A stretch of DNA of 63,278 nt, counting the filler, from an uncultured bacterium (GTDB taxonomy: Bacteria; CAYJOG01): NCBI GenBank assembly GCA_964371695.1. It is 3 parts of 3 records of this genome, joined end to end, with 100 filler letters (N's around TTAATTAATTAA, not from the genome) between each part and the next. Parts side by side here need not be neighbours in the genome. Positions count along the whole stretch, not along the records: positions 22,219 to 44,256 come from CAYJOG010000002.1; 2 more parts are not named here. One strand, written 5' to 3'. The notes beneath the pieces were generated by a model, which was not told the DNA's origin, made no database searches, and saw only the letters and a list, made by a program, of their open reading frames with translations. The position numbers were made by a program, and so were the translations under genes. The stretch's first letter is position 1. Every line of letters begins with the position of its first letter. This document shows, in pieces, positions 28,754 to 38,186 of this stretch.

Positions 28754-30613
28754 TTGAGACACCGGATTTCGTTCGACCACGGCCAGTTGCGCCTGAACGG
28801 GGATGTTCTGCCTCTTTTTGGCGCGGACTGGGACTGGTGGCACACACCGCCGGAGTTGTGGGCCAGTCAGGCCGCAGCGTTTGCCGCACAGGGCGCGGGC
28901 ACGGTGTTTCTGGCGGCCCCCTGGGGATTGCACGAACCCGCACCGGGGCGGTTTGATTTCACCGAACGGCTGGACCTGCCCCGTCTGCTGGGTGTGCTGC
29001 AACAGGCGGGACTGCGGGTTTGCCTGGGCCTGGGGCCTCTGGGGCCGGATTCCCTGCCCCAACATGGCCTGCCACCCTGGCTGCTGCGTCAGGAAGACCT
29101 GCTGGCTCGCAATCACCGCCGACAGCCCTTTTGGGTGGCCACGCCCTTTGGAGCCTATCCGCGCCCCAGCGAGGCCAGCCCGGCTTTTTTCGAGGCCCTG
29201 TGGCCTTTTCTCAAGCACCTGGGCGACAAAACCGTCCCCTTCGCCGTCGGCGACGGCCCGGTGATCGGCGTGGGGTTCCGCACCCACGTCCACTCCCTGG
29301 GACACGCCATGCCGCCCCTGGCCGATCACCACCCCGCCGCGCTGGCCCACTATCACGGTTTTTTGCGCAATGCCTATGCCCAGGACAACCACCTGGCCGC
29401 CGCCCACCGTCAGGCAGACCTCACCTTTGCCCAGGCGGCCCCCCCCGGCCCCTTCGACAGCAAAGACCCCCTGCTGCCCCACCTGGACTGGCTCAACAAC
29501 CAGCAGGCCCTGGCGGCCCGCTGCCTTTCGCAGCTCAAGAGTCTGGCCCAGCAGGCGGGTTTCAACGAGGTGTTTTTTGCCCTGGACCTGGCCCACGGGG
29601 CCTGGGGGCCGCTGCCCGCCATGGCGGGGCTGAAGGCCGTGCAGGTGCTGCGCCTGAAGGGAGATTTTCAGGAAGCAGAGGGAACGGCTGATGCTGAGGC
29701 CTTTCTGAATATGGCGGGGCTGTTTGGCAAAACCGTGGTGGTGAACCATCCGCCGCCCCAGACAGCCGAAGAAACCGCCCCCACCGCCCTGGTGTTCCGC
29801 TCACGCCTGGATGAAGACCTGTCGGTGATCGGCCACGCCCTGCCCACGCTGTCGGATTTCACCACCCGTTGCCTGGGTCTGGAGCCAGCTCAGCGCCACG
29901 CTCTGGCGGGGGCGCTGGGCCAGTTCAGCACGCCCCTCATGGGCCACCAGCCCTTCTGGTTTGGCCAGATGACGCAGATTTACACCCAGGCCCTCACCGC
30001 CCTGGGCCACCGTGTGGCTTATGCCGACGAAACCCTGGGCCTGGACACGCTGAAACCTGCCGCCCTGGTGGTGGCCCCCTGCCTGGGTGTGATGGAGCGG
30101 CCCGTGGCCCAGCACCTGAGCCGACTGGCGGCCCAAGGGGCGCTGGTGATCATCGGCCCCAGCCCGCCCCTGTGCGACCTGTGGGGCAAACCGCTCTCCT
30201 GGCTGCCGCCGCCCCCCACGCCCACACAACTGGATCACCAGCGCACCGTGTCGGGTGTGGACCTGAAAGAAGAGTGGCTGTTTGACGGCCACCGTTTGTC
30301 CGCCCCCATGGCAGGCGCAGCGAGCGCAGTGGTGTTTCCCCACGGCAGCGGCTTCATCGCCTATCTCACCGGCGTGAGCGGCGGCACACCCGAACAGGCC
30401 GCCCCGGTGTTCGCCGGTTTCCTCTCGGAACTGGTGGGGCGCGTGATGCCGCCACCCGCCGAGACACCCCCGGCCTCTTCCCCTGCCGAAGCCGAAGCGG
30501 CAGAAGAAACACCGGCCACCGAAGCTCCGGCGCCGACCTTTCAAATGGAAACACCCCCTGCGGCAAGCCTTTCCATGAACGGCCCCGCCGTGGTGGACAA
30601 GGAAAAAACATGA
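28754..30613 (+). CDS. GH35 beta-galactosidase-like protein, catalytic motif apparently lost
   Basis: PWGLHEPAPGRFDFT..LDL...GLPPWL is GH35-like; the GPII.VQ.ENE position reads GPVIGVGFRTH. Confidence 0.7.
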   Translation: MRHRISFDHGQLRLNGDVLPLFGADWDWWHTPPELWASQAAAFAAQGAGTVFLAAPWGLHEPAPGRFDFTERLDLPRLLGVLQQAGLRVCLGLGPLGPDSLPQHGLPPWLLRQEDLLARNHRRQPFWVATPFGAYPRPSEASPAFFEALWPFLKHLGDKTVPFAVGDGPVIGVGFRTHVHSLGHAMPPLADHHPAALAHYHGFLRNAYAQDNHLAAAHRQADLTFAQAAPPGPFDSKDPLLPHLDWLNNQQALAARCLSQLKSLAQQAGFNEVFFALDLAHGAWGPLPAMAGLKAVQVLRLKGDFQEAEGTADAEAFLNMAGLFGKTVVVNHPPPQTAEETAPTALVFRSRLDEDLSVIGHALPTLSDFTTRCLGLEPAQRHALAGALGQFSTPLMGHQPFWFGQMTQIYTQALTALGHRVAYADETLGLDTLKPAALVVAPCLGVMERPVAQHLSRLAAQGALVIIGPSPPLCDLWGKPLSWLPPPPTPTQLDHQRTVSGVDLKEEWLFDGHRLSAPMAGAASAVVFPHGSGFIAYLTGVSGGTPEQAAPVFAGFLSELVGRVMPPPAETPPASSPAEAEAAEETPATEAPAPTFQMETPPAASLSMNGPAVVDKEKT

Positions 30614-31467
30614 TCGAACTCGCTGAAGATTTTGGGCCTGGGCCGCTCCCTGCCTCGGAGGTGGCGGCGTTGCAGTCCACGCTCTTGAGCGCCCTGCGGC
30701 CTGCGGGTCACGCCCTGACGCTGCTCTATGACACCACCGGCCCCCAGCGTCTTTTCAGCAACCAGCAGGGCCTGCTGGACACCCCCCAAGGCCCCGTCAC
30801 ACCCGAACTGCTGGATGCCTTGCGCCAGCAACACGGCGCAGCCAGCGCCGTGGCCCTCACCCCCCACAGCCTTTCATCCATCACCAGCCGGGCCAGCGAA
30901 CGCCTGGACCTGAGCCTGAAACCGCTGGATCAACTGGCCTGGGGCTGCTGGTCGTGGGAAGACCCGGCCAAGGATGGCGTGCTGTTTTCGCCGCCGCTGG
31001 CGGTGTCGCCCCTCACGGCGCTGAACCACTGGCGGCGTTTTTTGGGCCAGTGCGCCTGGCGCAGGCGGTGTGTGGTGCTGGCCGCGCCAAGCGAGGGAAC
31101 CTGGGCGCTGGCGTGGCGGATGGACTTCTCTCATCAGCAGGTGCAACGCACCGAACCGCTGGAAGAAGGTTTTCTCGCACAAAATCCACCACAGGGGACA
31201 TTGGCCCCGCAATGGGCCAGCGGCCTGTGGAAAGCCCTTCAGGCCAGTGACGCCCCCAAACCCCTCACCGTGCTGGCCCTGACACCGGCCACACTCACCG
31301 GCTGGCTGCAACAAGGCCCCGACTGGCAAACCGTGAGCCACGCCCAGAAGGAAAACCGCCTGGGCCTCTGCGGCTCACCCTGGTTGAGTCTGGCCCTGAA
31401 ACTCAGCAGATTGGCTAAAGCGTCGCCAACCGTTTTGGCAATTGCCAAAACGGCCACATCCGCCTAG
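30610..31467 (+). CDS. Hypothetical protein
   Basis: ATGA overlap with the upstream gene; host codon usage. Confidence 0.7.
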   Translation: MIELAEDFGPGPLPASEVAALQSTLLSALRPAGHALTLLYDTTGPQRLFSNQQGLLDTPQGPVTPELLDALRQQHGAASAVALTPHSLSSITSRASERLDLSLKPLDQLAWGCWSWEDPAKDGVLFSPPLAVSPLTALNHWRRFLGQCAWRRRCVVLAAPSEGTWALAWRMDFSHQQVQRTEPLEEGFLAQNPPQGTLAPQWASGLWKALQASDAPKPLTVLALTPATLTGWLQQGPDWQTVSHAQKENRLGLCGSPWLSLALKLSRLAKASPTVLAIAKTATSA

Positions 31468-31470
31468 GCT
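31442..31470 (+). promoter_or_regulatory. Putative promoter giving a (near-)leaderless ftsA mRNA
   Basis: TTGCCA-17 bp-TAGGCT, 8 nt before ATG 31479; no SD. Confidence 0.5.
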
Positions 31471-31478
31471 TTTGCGTT

Positions 31479-32732
31479 ATGCGACGACCCACCATCGTGG
31501 CCGGCATTGACGTGGGCACCACCAAAATCCTCACCGTCATCGCCGAAGCCCAACCCGGCGCGATGCCGGTGATATTGGGCGTGGGCAAAAGCCCCAGCCG
31601 GGGACTGAAAAAAGGCGTGGTGGTGGACCTGCCCAAAACCCGCGAGGCCATTGAAGACAGCGTGGCCCGCGCCGAACGCATGGCGGGTGTGAGCCTGGAC
31701 AGCGTGTATGTCGGCGTCACCGGCAGCCACATCCGCAGCATGAACACCAGCGGGGCCATCACCATCAGCAACCCCGACCACGAAATCACCGAGAACGACC
31801 GCCAGCGCGTGCTGGAAGAAGCCCGCCTGCTGGCCCTGCCGCCCGACCGCAAAATTCTGCATCTGGTGGAGCAGGAATATGTGGTGGACGGCCAGGAAGG
31901 CGTGGAAAACCCCGTGGGCATGAGCGGCCACCGGCTGGAGGTGCGCGCCCACGTCATCACCGGCAGTACCAATTTTCTCTCGAACGTGGCCAAGTGCGTG
32001 GAGCAGGTGGACCTGGGCGTGATGAAGCTGGTGCTGGAACCCATCGCCAGCGCCGAGGCCGTGCTGGAAGACGCTGAAAAAAGCGTGGGGGTGGTGCTGG
32101 TGGACATCGGCGGGGGCACCAGTGATCTGGCGGTGTTCCGCGAAGGCGTGCTGCACTTCACCCGCGTGATTCCCATCGGCAGCCGCCACCTGGACAACGA
32201 TCTGTGCGTGTGCCTGGGCGTAAGCCCCGAAGAAGCCGAACGCCTGAAGGTGGAACACGGCACGGTGTTTTTGAACGGCCCCCGCACCGAGGGCGAGGTG
32301 AAGGCCCGCGCCGCCAGCGGACAGGAAGAACTCACGCTGGAAAAACACCTCATCGCCGAGGTGCTCGAAGCCCGCATGATGGAACTGCTGGAACTGGTGC
32401 GCCAAGCTGTCACCGACAGCGGCTTTGAGCGGCTGGCGCCCGGCGGCGTGGTGTTCACCGGCGGGGGCAGCATGATCTGGGGGCTGAAGGAACTGGCCGA
32501 GGAAACCCTGGGACTGAAAGTGCGCGTGAGCCGCCCCAAGGCGCTGGCCGCAGCCAAGGAGATTCCCCCGGAACTCTGGAAAACCTCTGCCGCCGCCACG
32601 GGCCTGGGGCTGGTGCTGTATGGCGCAAAACAACTCACCCACCCCCGCGATTTCGCCCCCCGCCTGCCGCTGAAACCCGGCGGCCTGCTGGAGTGGCTGC
32701 GCCGCTGGATTGAAGGCCTGGGTCACGGATGA
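31479..32732 (+). CDS. ftsA: Cell division protein FtsA
   Basis: GIDVGTTKI, GLKKGVVVD, P.GMSG.RLE, VDIGGGTSD and VVFTGGGS motifs. Confidence 0.95.
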   Translation: MRRPTIVAGIDVGTTKILTVIAEAQPGAMPVILGVGKSPSRGLKKGVVVDLPKTREAIEDSVARAERMAGVSLDSVYVGVTGSHIRSMNTSGAITISNPDHEITENDRQRVLEEARLLALPPDRKILHLVEQEYVVDGQEGVENPVGMSGHRLEVRAHVITGSTNFLSNVAKCVEQVDLGVMKLVLEPIASAEAVLEDAEKSVGVVLVDIGGGTSDLAVFREGVLHFTRVIPIGSRHLDNDLCVCLGVSPEEAERLKVEHGTVFLNGPRTEGEVKARAASGQEELTLEKHLIAEVLEARMMELLELVRQAVTDSGFERLAPGGVVFTGGGSMIWGLKELAEETLGLKVRVSRPKALAAAKEIPPELWKTSAAATGLGLVLYGAKQLTHPRDFAPRLPLKPGGLLEWLRRWIEGLGHG

Positions 32733-33502
32733 ACGATTGCGCCCCAAAAACAAGAAAACATCTGGCGCTGCTGCTGACGCCGATGCTTTTATTCAGCGCC
32801 TGTCAAAAAAAGCAGACGGGCCTTTATGACGCGCAAGAGGAACTGTCCCAGCCCTCGGCCCGGCCCACAGGGGAGGATTTTGACCCGGAAGCCCTGAGCG
32901 CGCCCACCCCTTCGGCCAAAACACCTCCCGCTGAAAAAACAGAATCTCCCCAATCCGCCAAAGCACCCCAGCCTGCACCCAAACCGGCCTCACCCAAAAA
33001 GCACACACCCCCCTCAACCGTTCAGGCGGATGACAACATCGCCCACACACCCGATGAAAAAGCCGTGGCCGCCGCCGCTACGGGGTTCCTCACGGCGCTC
33101 AAAACCGGCGACGTGGCGGGCCTGCTGGGATATTTCCCCGGCGACGTGGTGCGCAAAGACCCAAATATTGTCCAAAAGGTGCAGGCCACTTTTTTCAGCC
33201 CCATCCTGCAGGCCATCACCGCCAAAACCGGCCACCGCCTGCTGGCCATACACGTCACCGGCCTGTCCGCCTCGGTGGACCTGTCCATGGAAGTGCCCGA
33301 CATGAAAGTCATCGAGAGCGAAATCACGGGCCGCAGGCTGGGTGCGATGCAGCAGTCGGGCGGCTCACCCTACAAACAGAAACTGCTCAGGGAAATGGCC
33401 AAGGTGATTGAAGAAACCAACGCGCCCCTGCTGAAACGCCAGAGCACCATGCACCTGAAAAAAGAAAAAGACGGCTGGAAAGTCACCAAACCACCGCAGT
33501 AG
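32729..33502 (+). CDS. Hypothetical lipoprotein
   Basis: Lipobox LLFSAC, Pro-rich linker, C-terminal KEKDGWKV; ATGA overlap with ftsA. Confidence 0.75.
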   Translation: MNDCAPKTRKHLALLLTPMLLFSACQKKQTGLYDAQEELSQPSARPTGEDFDPEALSAPTPSAKTPPAEKTESPQSAKAPQPAPKPASPKKHTPPSTVQADDNIAHTPDEKAVAAAATGFLTALKTGDVAGLLGYFPGDVVRKDPNIVQKVQATFFSPILQAITAKTGHRLLAIHVTGLSASVDLSMEVPDMKVIESEITGRRLGAMQQSGGSPYKQKLLREMAKVIEETNAPLLKRQSTMHLKKEKDGWKVTKPPQ

Positions 33503-33660
33503 ATCATTTTCAGCATTGGTGAAGCAGGCATCGCCCGGATGTCTCGCGCTGGACGGCGTCATTCCCGCGAAAGCGGGAATCCAGTTGAAATAAAAACACC
33601 ACACCTTTTTCTGTTTTCTTTCAGTGGGGCGGGCGTCTCGCCCGCCATTTGAAGAAAAGG
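33502..33660. repeat. Composite repeat element
   Basis: cattttc..gcatcg module, GTCATTCCC at 33558-33584, an AT linker, then gggcgggcgtctcgcccgcc. Confidence 0.85.
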
Positions 33661-33779
33661 GTTTTTTGTCCTTTTTATTCAGGCGGGCGGGAGTTTGCGA
33701 GGAATCATTCCAGATGCCCATTGGGGCATCTGGCCGAGCAAAGGCGATAGCTGGCCCGCCCCACTACTTCCCCCAAAAG

Positions 33780-34184
33780 CTACCGCCCGCCACCATCCAT
33801 GGCTTCGTTGGCCAGGGCGTCGGCCTGTTTGTTCAGCTCGCGGGCCACATGCACCCAGCGCACCTGACGGAACTTCGCCGCCAGACCCATGGCCTGGGCG
33901 TGCAAGGGTTTCAGGCCCGGATGCTTCACCTTGTAGCGCCCCAGACACTGGCGGATCACCAGTTCGCTGTCGGCCCGCACCTCCAGCACTTGAGCACCTT
34001 CTTCAAGGGCCGCCGCCAGCAGCGCCAGCACCCCCTGCCACTCGGCCTGATTGTTGGTGGCCACCCCCAGAAACTTCTTGCCCGTGCGCACCATCTCACC
34101 GTTTTTCATCAGCACCCAGCCAAAACCCGCCGGGCCGGGATTGCCCCGGCTGCCCCCATCGGCATAACCCATCCATGTGTCCAT
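33780..34184 (-). CDS. rnhA: Ribonuclease HI family protein
   Basis: YADGGSRGNPGPAG, TNNQAE, DSELV and RELNKQADALAN motifs. Confidence 0.92.
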   Translation of the reverse strand: MDTWMGYADGGSRGNPGPAGFGWVLMKNGEMVRTGKKFLGVATNNQAEWQGVLALLAAALEEGAQVLEVRADSELVIRQCLGRYKVKHPGLKPLHAQAMGLAAKFRQVRWVHVARELNKQADALANEAMDGGGR

Positions 34185-34283
34185 AAGCGGGGCATTCTAT
34201 GTTTTTTGCACGGGGCATTTTTTTGCCAGACACCAACTTCCAACCTCCAACTTCCAGCGCCCGACCTGCATTATTATGCGCCC

Positions 34284-35222
34284 ATGCCAAAATGCCGCTT
34301 TGAGAAGGTGGCCGTCGTTGCCGGGGGATTTAGCGGCGAGCGCACCGTAAGCCTGTCCACCGGCAAGGGTGTCGCCGAGGCCCTGAAACGCCAAGGCGTG
34401 GCCACCACACTGATAGACGCGGGGCACGACCTGCACACCCGCCTCTCACGCCTCAAACCCCAGGCCGTTTACAACGCCCTGCACGGCGCGTGGGGCGAAG
34501 ACGGCACGGTGCAGGGCCTGCTGGAATGGATGGCCATTCCCTATACCGGCAGCGGCGTGCTCCCCAGCGCCCTGTGCATGGACAAACTCACCACCAAGGC
34601 AGTCATCGGCCCGATGGGCGCGCCCCTGGCCCCCCATGTGGTGGACGACGGCAAACTCACCTACGACCAGCTTCGCCGCAAACTCGGCCCCGAATTTGTC
34701 TGCAAACCCAGCGCCGAGGGCAGCAGCCTGGGGGTGGTGATTGTGCGGGGGGCGGCGGATTTCAAAGGCGTGGCCGCCGTGCGCAAAAAGTTTCACCGGC
34801 TGTTTTTCGAGAAATTTGCAGAGGGCGCGCAAATCACCGTGGCCATCATCGAAAACCCCCGCCCCACCGCCCTGCCGGTGCTGGAACTGCGCCCCAAAAA
34901 CCCTTTCTACGACTTTGAAGCCAAATACACCAAGGGCATGACCGACTTTCTCCTGCCCGCCCCCATCGGGGCCAAAGCCACCCGCGCCGCACAGGAACTG
35001 GCCCTGAAACTGCACACCGGCCTGGGCCTGCGCACCTATAGCCGCACCGACATGATTGTGCCCAAAGGCGGCGCGCTCCTGGTGCTGGAGGTCAACACCC
35101 ACCCCGGCATGACCCCCACCAGCGACCTGCCCGCCCAGGCGGCGGCGGTGGGGATTTCTTATGATGATCTGGTAATCCTCTTGATGAACACGGCGGATTT
35201 GCCTAAAAAGGGACAGGGATGA
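34284..35222 (+). CDS. ddl: D-alanine--D-alanine ligase
   Basis: GGFSGER.VSL.TG, LHG..GEDG.VQG, GSSLGV, YDFEAKY and LEVNT.PGMT motifs. Confidence 0.95.
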   Translation: MPKCRFEKVAVVAGGFSGERTVSLSTGKGVAEALKRQGVATTLIDAGHDLHTRLSRLKPQAVYNALHGAWGEDGTVQGLLEWMAIPYTGSGVLPSALCMDKLTTKAVIGPMGAPLAPHVVDDGKLTYDQLRRKLGPEFVCKPSAEGSSLGVVIVRGAADFKGVAAVRKKFHRLFFEKFAEGAQITVAIIENPRPTALPVLELRPKNPFYDFEAKYTKGMTDFLLPAPIGAKATRAAQELALKLHTGLGLRTYSRTDMIVPKGGALLVLEVNTHPGMTPTSDLPAQAAAVGISYDDLVILLMNTADLPKKGQG

Positions 35223-35266
35223 AAAAAGGAGCAGCAATGGGTCTGGAACGGCGTGGGGGCAGTCCC

Positions 35267-35521
35267 CCTCTCCCCTTGAGGGCTTGTCATCACCTGCAAG
35301 TTGGCGTCATTCCCGCGAAAGCGGGAATCCAGTCAAATATAAAAAACCACCTTGCTCCCCTCTCCCCTTTATGGGGAGAGGGTGATGCGAAGCATCGGGT
35401 GAGGGGTTTATTCAAAAACAAAAAAACCATTAAGTCTTTTTTCTTTTTATTGGAACCCCTCACCCGGATGGACTGGCCAAAAAGAGGCCAATCCATCCGA
35501 CCTCTCCCTCAAGGGGAGAGG
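35267..35521. mobile_element. MITE-like composite repeat with 16-bp terminal inverted repeats
   Basis: cctctccccttgaggg (35267-35282) and ccctcaaggggagagg (35506-35521) enclose GTCATTCCC and GGGGAGAGGG modules. Confidence 0.6.
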
Positions 35522-35561
35522 TGGAACCCTGCCCGGATAATGCGGTGTACTGGCCTTTCTT

Positions 35562-37016
35562 TTGGCCGCCGCACCGGCCCAGGCGGGTTTCACCTATGCC
35601 CGCGCCATCGGCAGCCTGGGAGACGGCCCCGGCCAGCTCAAATATCCCACCGAACTGGCCGCCGCCCAGGGCAACGTCTATGTCACCGACTGGGGCAACA
35701 ACCGTGTGACGGTGTTCACGCCCGACGGCAAACCCAACGGTTTTTTCAGCCAGACCAAAGACGCCGCCCTGGCGGGGCCGGTGGCCATCCAGGCCGCCAA
35801 CAACCGGTTGTATGTGCTGGAAATGAACGCCGGGCGCATCAGCCTGTTCACCTTCAAGGGAGAATACAAAGGCTCCATTGGCGGCGACCTGGGTCTGAAC
35901 CACCCACGGGACTTCCGTGTGGTGAAAGACAAAATCTACATCGCCGACACCGACAACAACCGCGTGGTCATCACCAACCTGCAAGGGGTGCGCACCGGCG
36001 TGTTCAACGGCCTGAAGGGGCCACGGGGCATTGACCTGGCCTTTGAACGCCTTTTGGTGGCCCACCCCGAAGAAAGCCGCATCACACAAATCAACACCAC
36101 CACCGGCTATCCCTCGCGCGCCCTGGGGGCCGACGGCACACTGCGCGGCCCCCGGCGGCTCACCACCGGCGGCGAGTGGCTGTTTGTGTCCGATTACGCA
36201 AACAGCCGTGTTCTGGTTTATGACAAGAACAGCCAGATGATTCAGCAGGTGGGCGGGGGCATCCTCAAAAACCCCGAAGGCATGCTGTGGCTTGCCGACC
36301 GCAAGGAACTGTGGGTGGCCGACGCCGAAAACGACCGGCTGGCGGTGTTCCGCTTCACGCCCGGTTTTGAACCGGTCCCGGCCATCGTGCCGCCGGTGGC
36401 CATCGCGCCGCCGCCCGCTGCGGTCAAACCCGAAGAAGAAGAATTCACCCGGCTGGTGAACACCTTGCAGGGCGCACTCGCAGAAAAACAGCGGGCCGCC
36501 GTGGCTTATAAAAGCGCGGCGGAAAAATCAGACCGTTTCTCGATGGACTATGCCCGTTACGCCACGCGCTTTTTGGGCAAGGCCGCGCTGTTGCCACAGA
36601 GCGCCAGTTTGCAGTTTGTGCTGGACGCCGCCAAACCCTCGGTGGTGGCGGTATATGCCGGGGGCGGTGAGGTGGTGGTGGGGGTGATTCCCCTGGCGGG
36701 CAAGCCGTTTTTCTCGGCCCCCTTCAGCGGCGCGCTGGACAGGGTGCGGTTTCTGGATTTTGATCGCGACAACCTGGAGGACATTGTGCTGGACCTGGAC
36801 GCAGGCGGCGAAAAACAGCGTTACTTTCTCAAGGCCGACAGCGCGGCGGCGAAAGTGTCGCTGGCCCTGGGCCTGCCCATCAAAACCAGCGCCCACGAAA
36901 GCAAAACCTTTTTTGAAGGCAAACGCCTGTTTGAGGTGCGCCGACAAGTGGCAGGCGGCGAGGCGCTGATACGCTACAGCTACACCGGCGGCGTGTTTGT
37001 GGAGGAGAAAAACTGA
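35562..37016 (+). CDS. Secreted NHL-repeat beta-propeller protein, 5' end apparently disrupted
   Basis: GQLKYP, VYVTDWGNNRV, IYIADTDNNRV and LWVADAENDR repeats; signal-peptide remnant CGVLAFLLAAAPAQA. Confidence 0.85.
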   Translation: MAAAPAQAGFTYARAIGSLGDGPGQLKYPTELAAAQGNVYVTDWGNNRVTVFTPDGKPNGFFSQTKDAALAGPVAIQAANNRLYVLEMNAGRISLFTFKGEYKGSIGGDLGLNHPRDFRVVKDKIYIADTDNNRVVITNLQGVRTGVFNGLKGPRGIDLAFERLLVAHPEESRITQINTTTGYPSRALGADGTLRGPRRLTTGGEWLFVSDYANSRVLVYDKNSQMIQQVGGGILKNPEGMLWLADRKELWVADAENDRLAVFRFTPGFEPVPAIVPPVAIAPPPAAVKPEEEEFTRLVNTLQGALAEKQRAAVAYKSAAEKSDRFSMDYARYATRFLGKAALLPQSASLQFVLDAAKPSVVAVYAGGGEVVVGVIPLAGKPFFSAPFSGALDRVRFLDFDRDNLEDIVLDLDAGGEKQRYFLKADSAAAKVSLALGLPIKTSAHESKTFFEGKRLFEVRRQVAGGEALIRYSYTGGVFVEEKN

Positions 37017-37023
37017 GTGAGGC

Positions 37024-37626
37024 GTGTTTTTCTTTGTTTGGGCACAGGATGGTAAGATGCGGACAAGGAGGCCTGTGGTGAGTGGTGCTTTGAAAAAGCA
37101 GCGTGCGTCAAATGCCCTGGCGGCGGATTGGCTGGAAGGGTACGCCAGCGTTGTCGGAAATATCGGCTTGTTTCCTGAACTTCCGCCGGAAGAAGAATCT
37201 GGAAGAAGTGTTTCAGGCCACGAACAGCCCACCCCCTTGGAGCATATTCCCCGGGGTGTATTTGAGGGAACTTTCGAATCCTTGGGCGGTACGCGGGCGG
37301 CCTATCTGAAAGTACTGGATTATTTGTTGAGTGTTGCTTCAACTTATCCGGTCTCCCCCGCTGCCGCCGGTTCACTGACTTACCGCTGGCGGGTGATTGC
37401 CGGTTTGAGGAATCACTTGGCGCATTTTCCGGAAGAGGAACTGGTTCAGTCATTAGACCGTTGGCAAACCACCCGCGATGAAGCGGCCAAAGATCATTTC
37501 TATGAACTTCTCGCGGCTTGGGGCCAGAAAAACATGAAAGAACCGCCGGAGAAATATCTGAAAAATCTGGGAAGCTGGTTGCAACTGGTCAAGCAGGAGG
37601 AAAAGTCCCCTGTCCCCGCCGGATGA
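37024..37626 (+). CDS. Hypothetical protein
   Basis: 200-aa ORF; AAGGAGG near 37066 suggests a start near 37075. Confidence 0.6.
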   Translation: MFFFVWAQDGKMRTRRPVVSGALKKQRASNALAADWLEGYASVVGNIGLFPELPPEEESGRSVSGHEQPTPLEHIPRGVFEGTFESLGGTRAAYLKVLDYLLSVASTYPVSPAAAGSLTYRWRVIAGLRNHLAHFPEEELVQSLDRWQTTRDEAAKDHFYELLAAWGQKNMKEPPEKYLKNLGSWLQLVKQEEKSPVPAG

Positions 37627-38125
37627 TTCTCTTCCAGAAAAGCCCACCCCCACCACTGTTCCAGAAAGCCCGCAGCGTACAGATGATGCGGGCGGGGTTT
37701 CCAAAACGGAACAGGAGTCGGGATGGAACAAGGAACGACTCAGGGAAATTCTTGAGCCGCAACTGACGGGAGACCCATCTGCCGAGGCGATGGTTCAGTC
37801 CCTGGCGGTTGCCTTCAGCGTGCGGCCCGCCAGCCTGGGCGACGAACTGGCGGCCATGGAAAAAGCGGTTCCCGGTGCTGGAGAGCGCCTGCTGAAAATG
37901 ATCGAAAAAGAACAGCATCATCAACATGAAATAGCCAGCCGGAAAATCGGCTTGAGTGAGCGGGGCCAGTGGTGGGGCGGCGGGCTGACGCTGCTGGCGC
38001 TTGGGGTGGGGGCTTGGCAACTCTGGGTGGGGCATTTGTGGCCTGGTGTTATTCTCGGCGGCGGTGGATTCACGCTAGTAATCCTCGCGTTCATCAAAAC
38101 CAACTTCATGCAGAAACGGGGATAA
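37610..38125 (+). CDS. DUF2335-like membrane protein
   Basis: E...PGAGERLL.M.EKEQ.H.H followed by two TM helices; frame open from CTG 37610 after AGGAGG (ORF track start 37790). Confidence 0.7.
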   Translation: MSPPDDSLPEKPTPTTVPESPQRTDDAGGVSKTEQESGWNKERLREILEPQLTGDPSAEAMVQSLAVAFSVRPASLGDELAAMEKAVPGAGERLLKMIEKEQHHQHEIASRKIGLSERGQWWGGGLTLLALGVGAWQLWVGHLWPGVILGGGGFTLVILAFIKTNFMQKRG

Positions 38126-38186
38126 TTTCTCCTCTTTCAAATCAGGACACCCTGGCTATCTTTTTCATTCAAGAAGGATACCTTTC

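Noticed and set aside
34231-34258. Degenerate heptamer repeats (ccaactt)n, similar to about 55-100
   Set aside because: Only 3-4 imperfect units with no associated gene, so no function can be supported
33624-34283. N-terminal extension of ddl in the ORF track (similar cases 17919-18164, 40917-41111, 21221-21379)
   Set aside because: Read-through of repeats or of neighbouring genes; family motifs begin at the later starts
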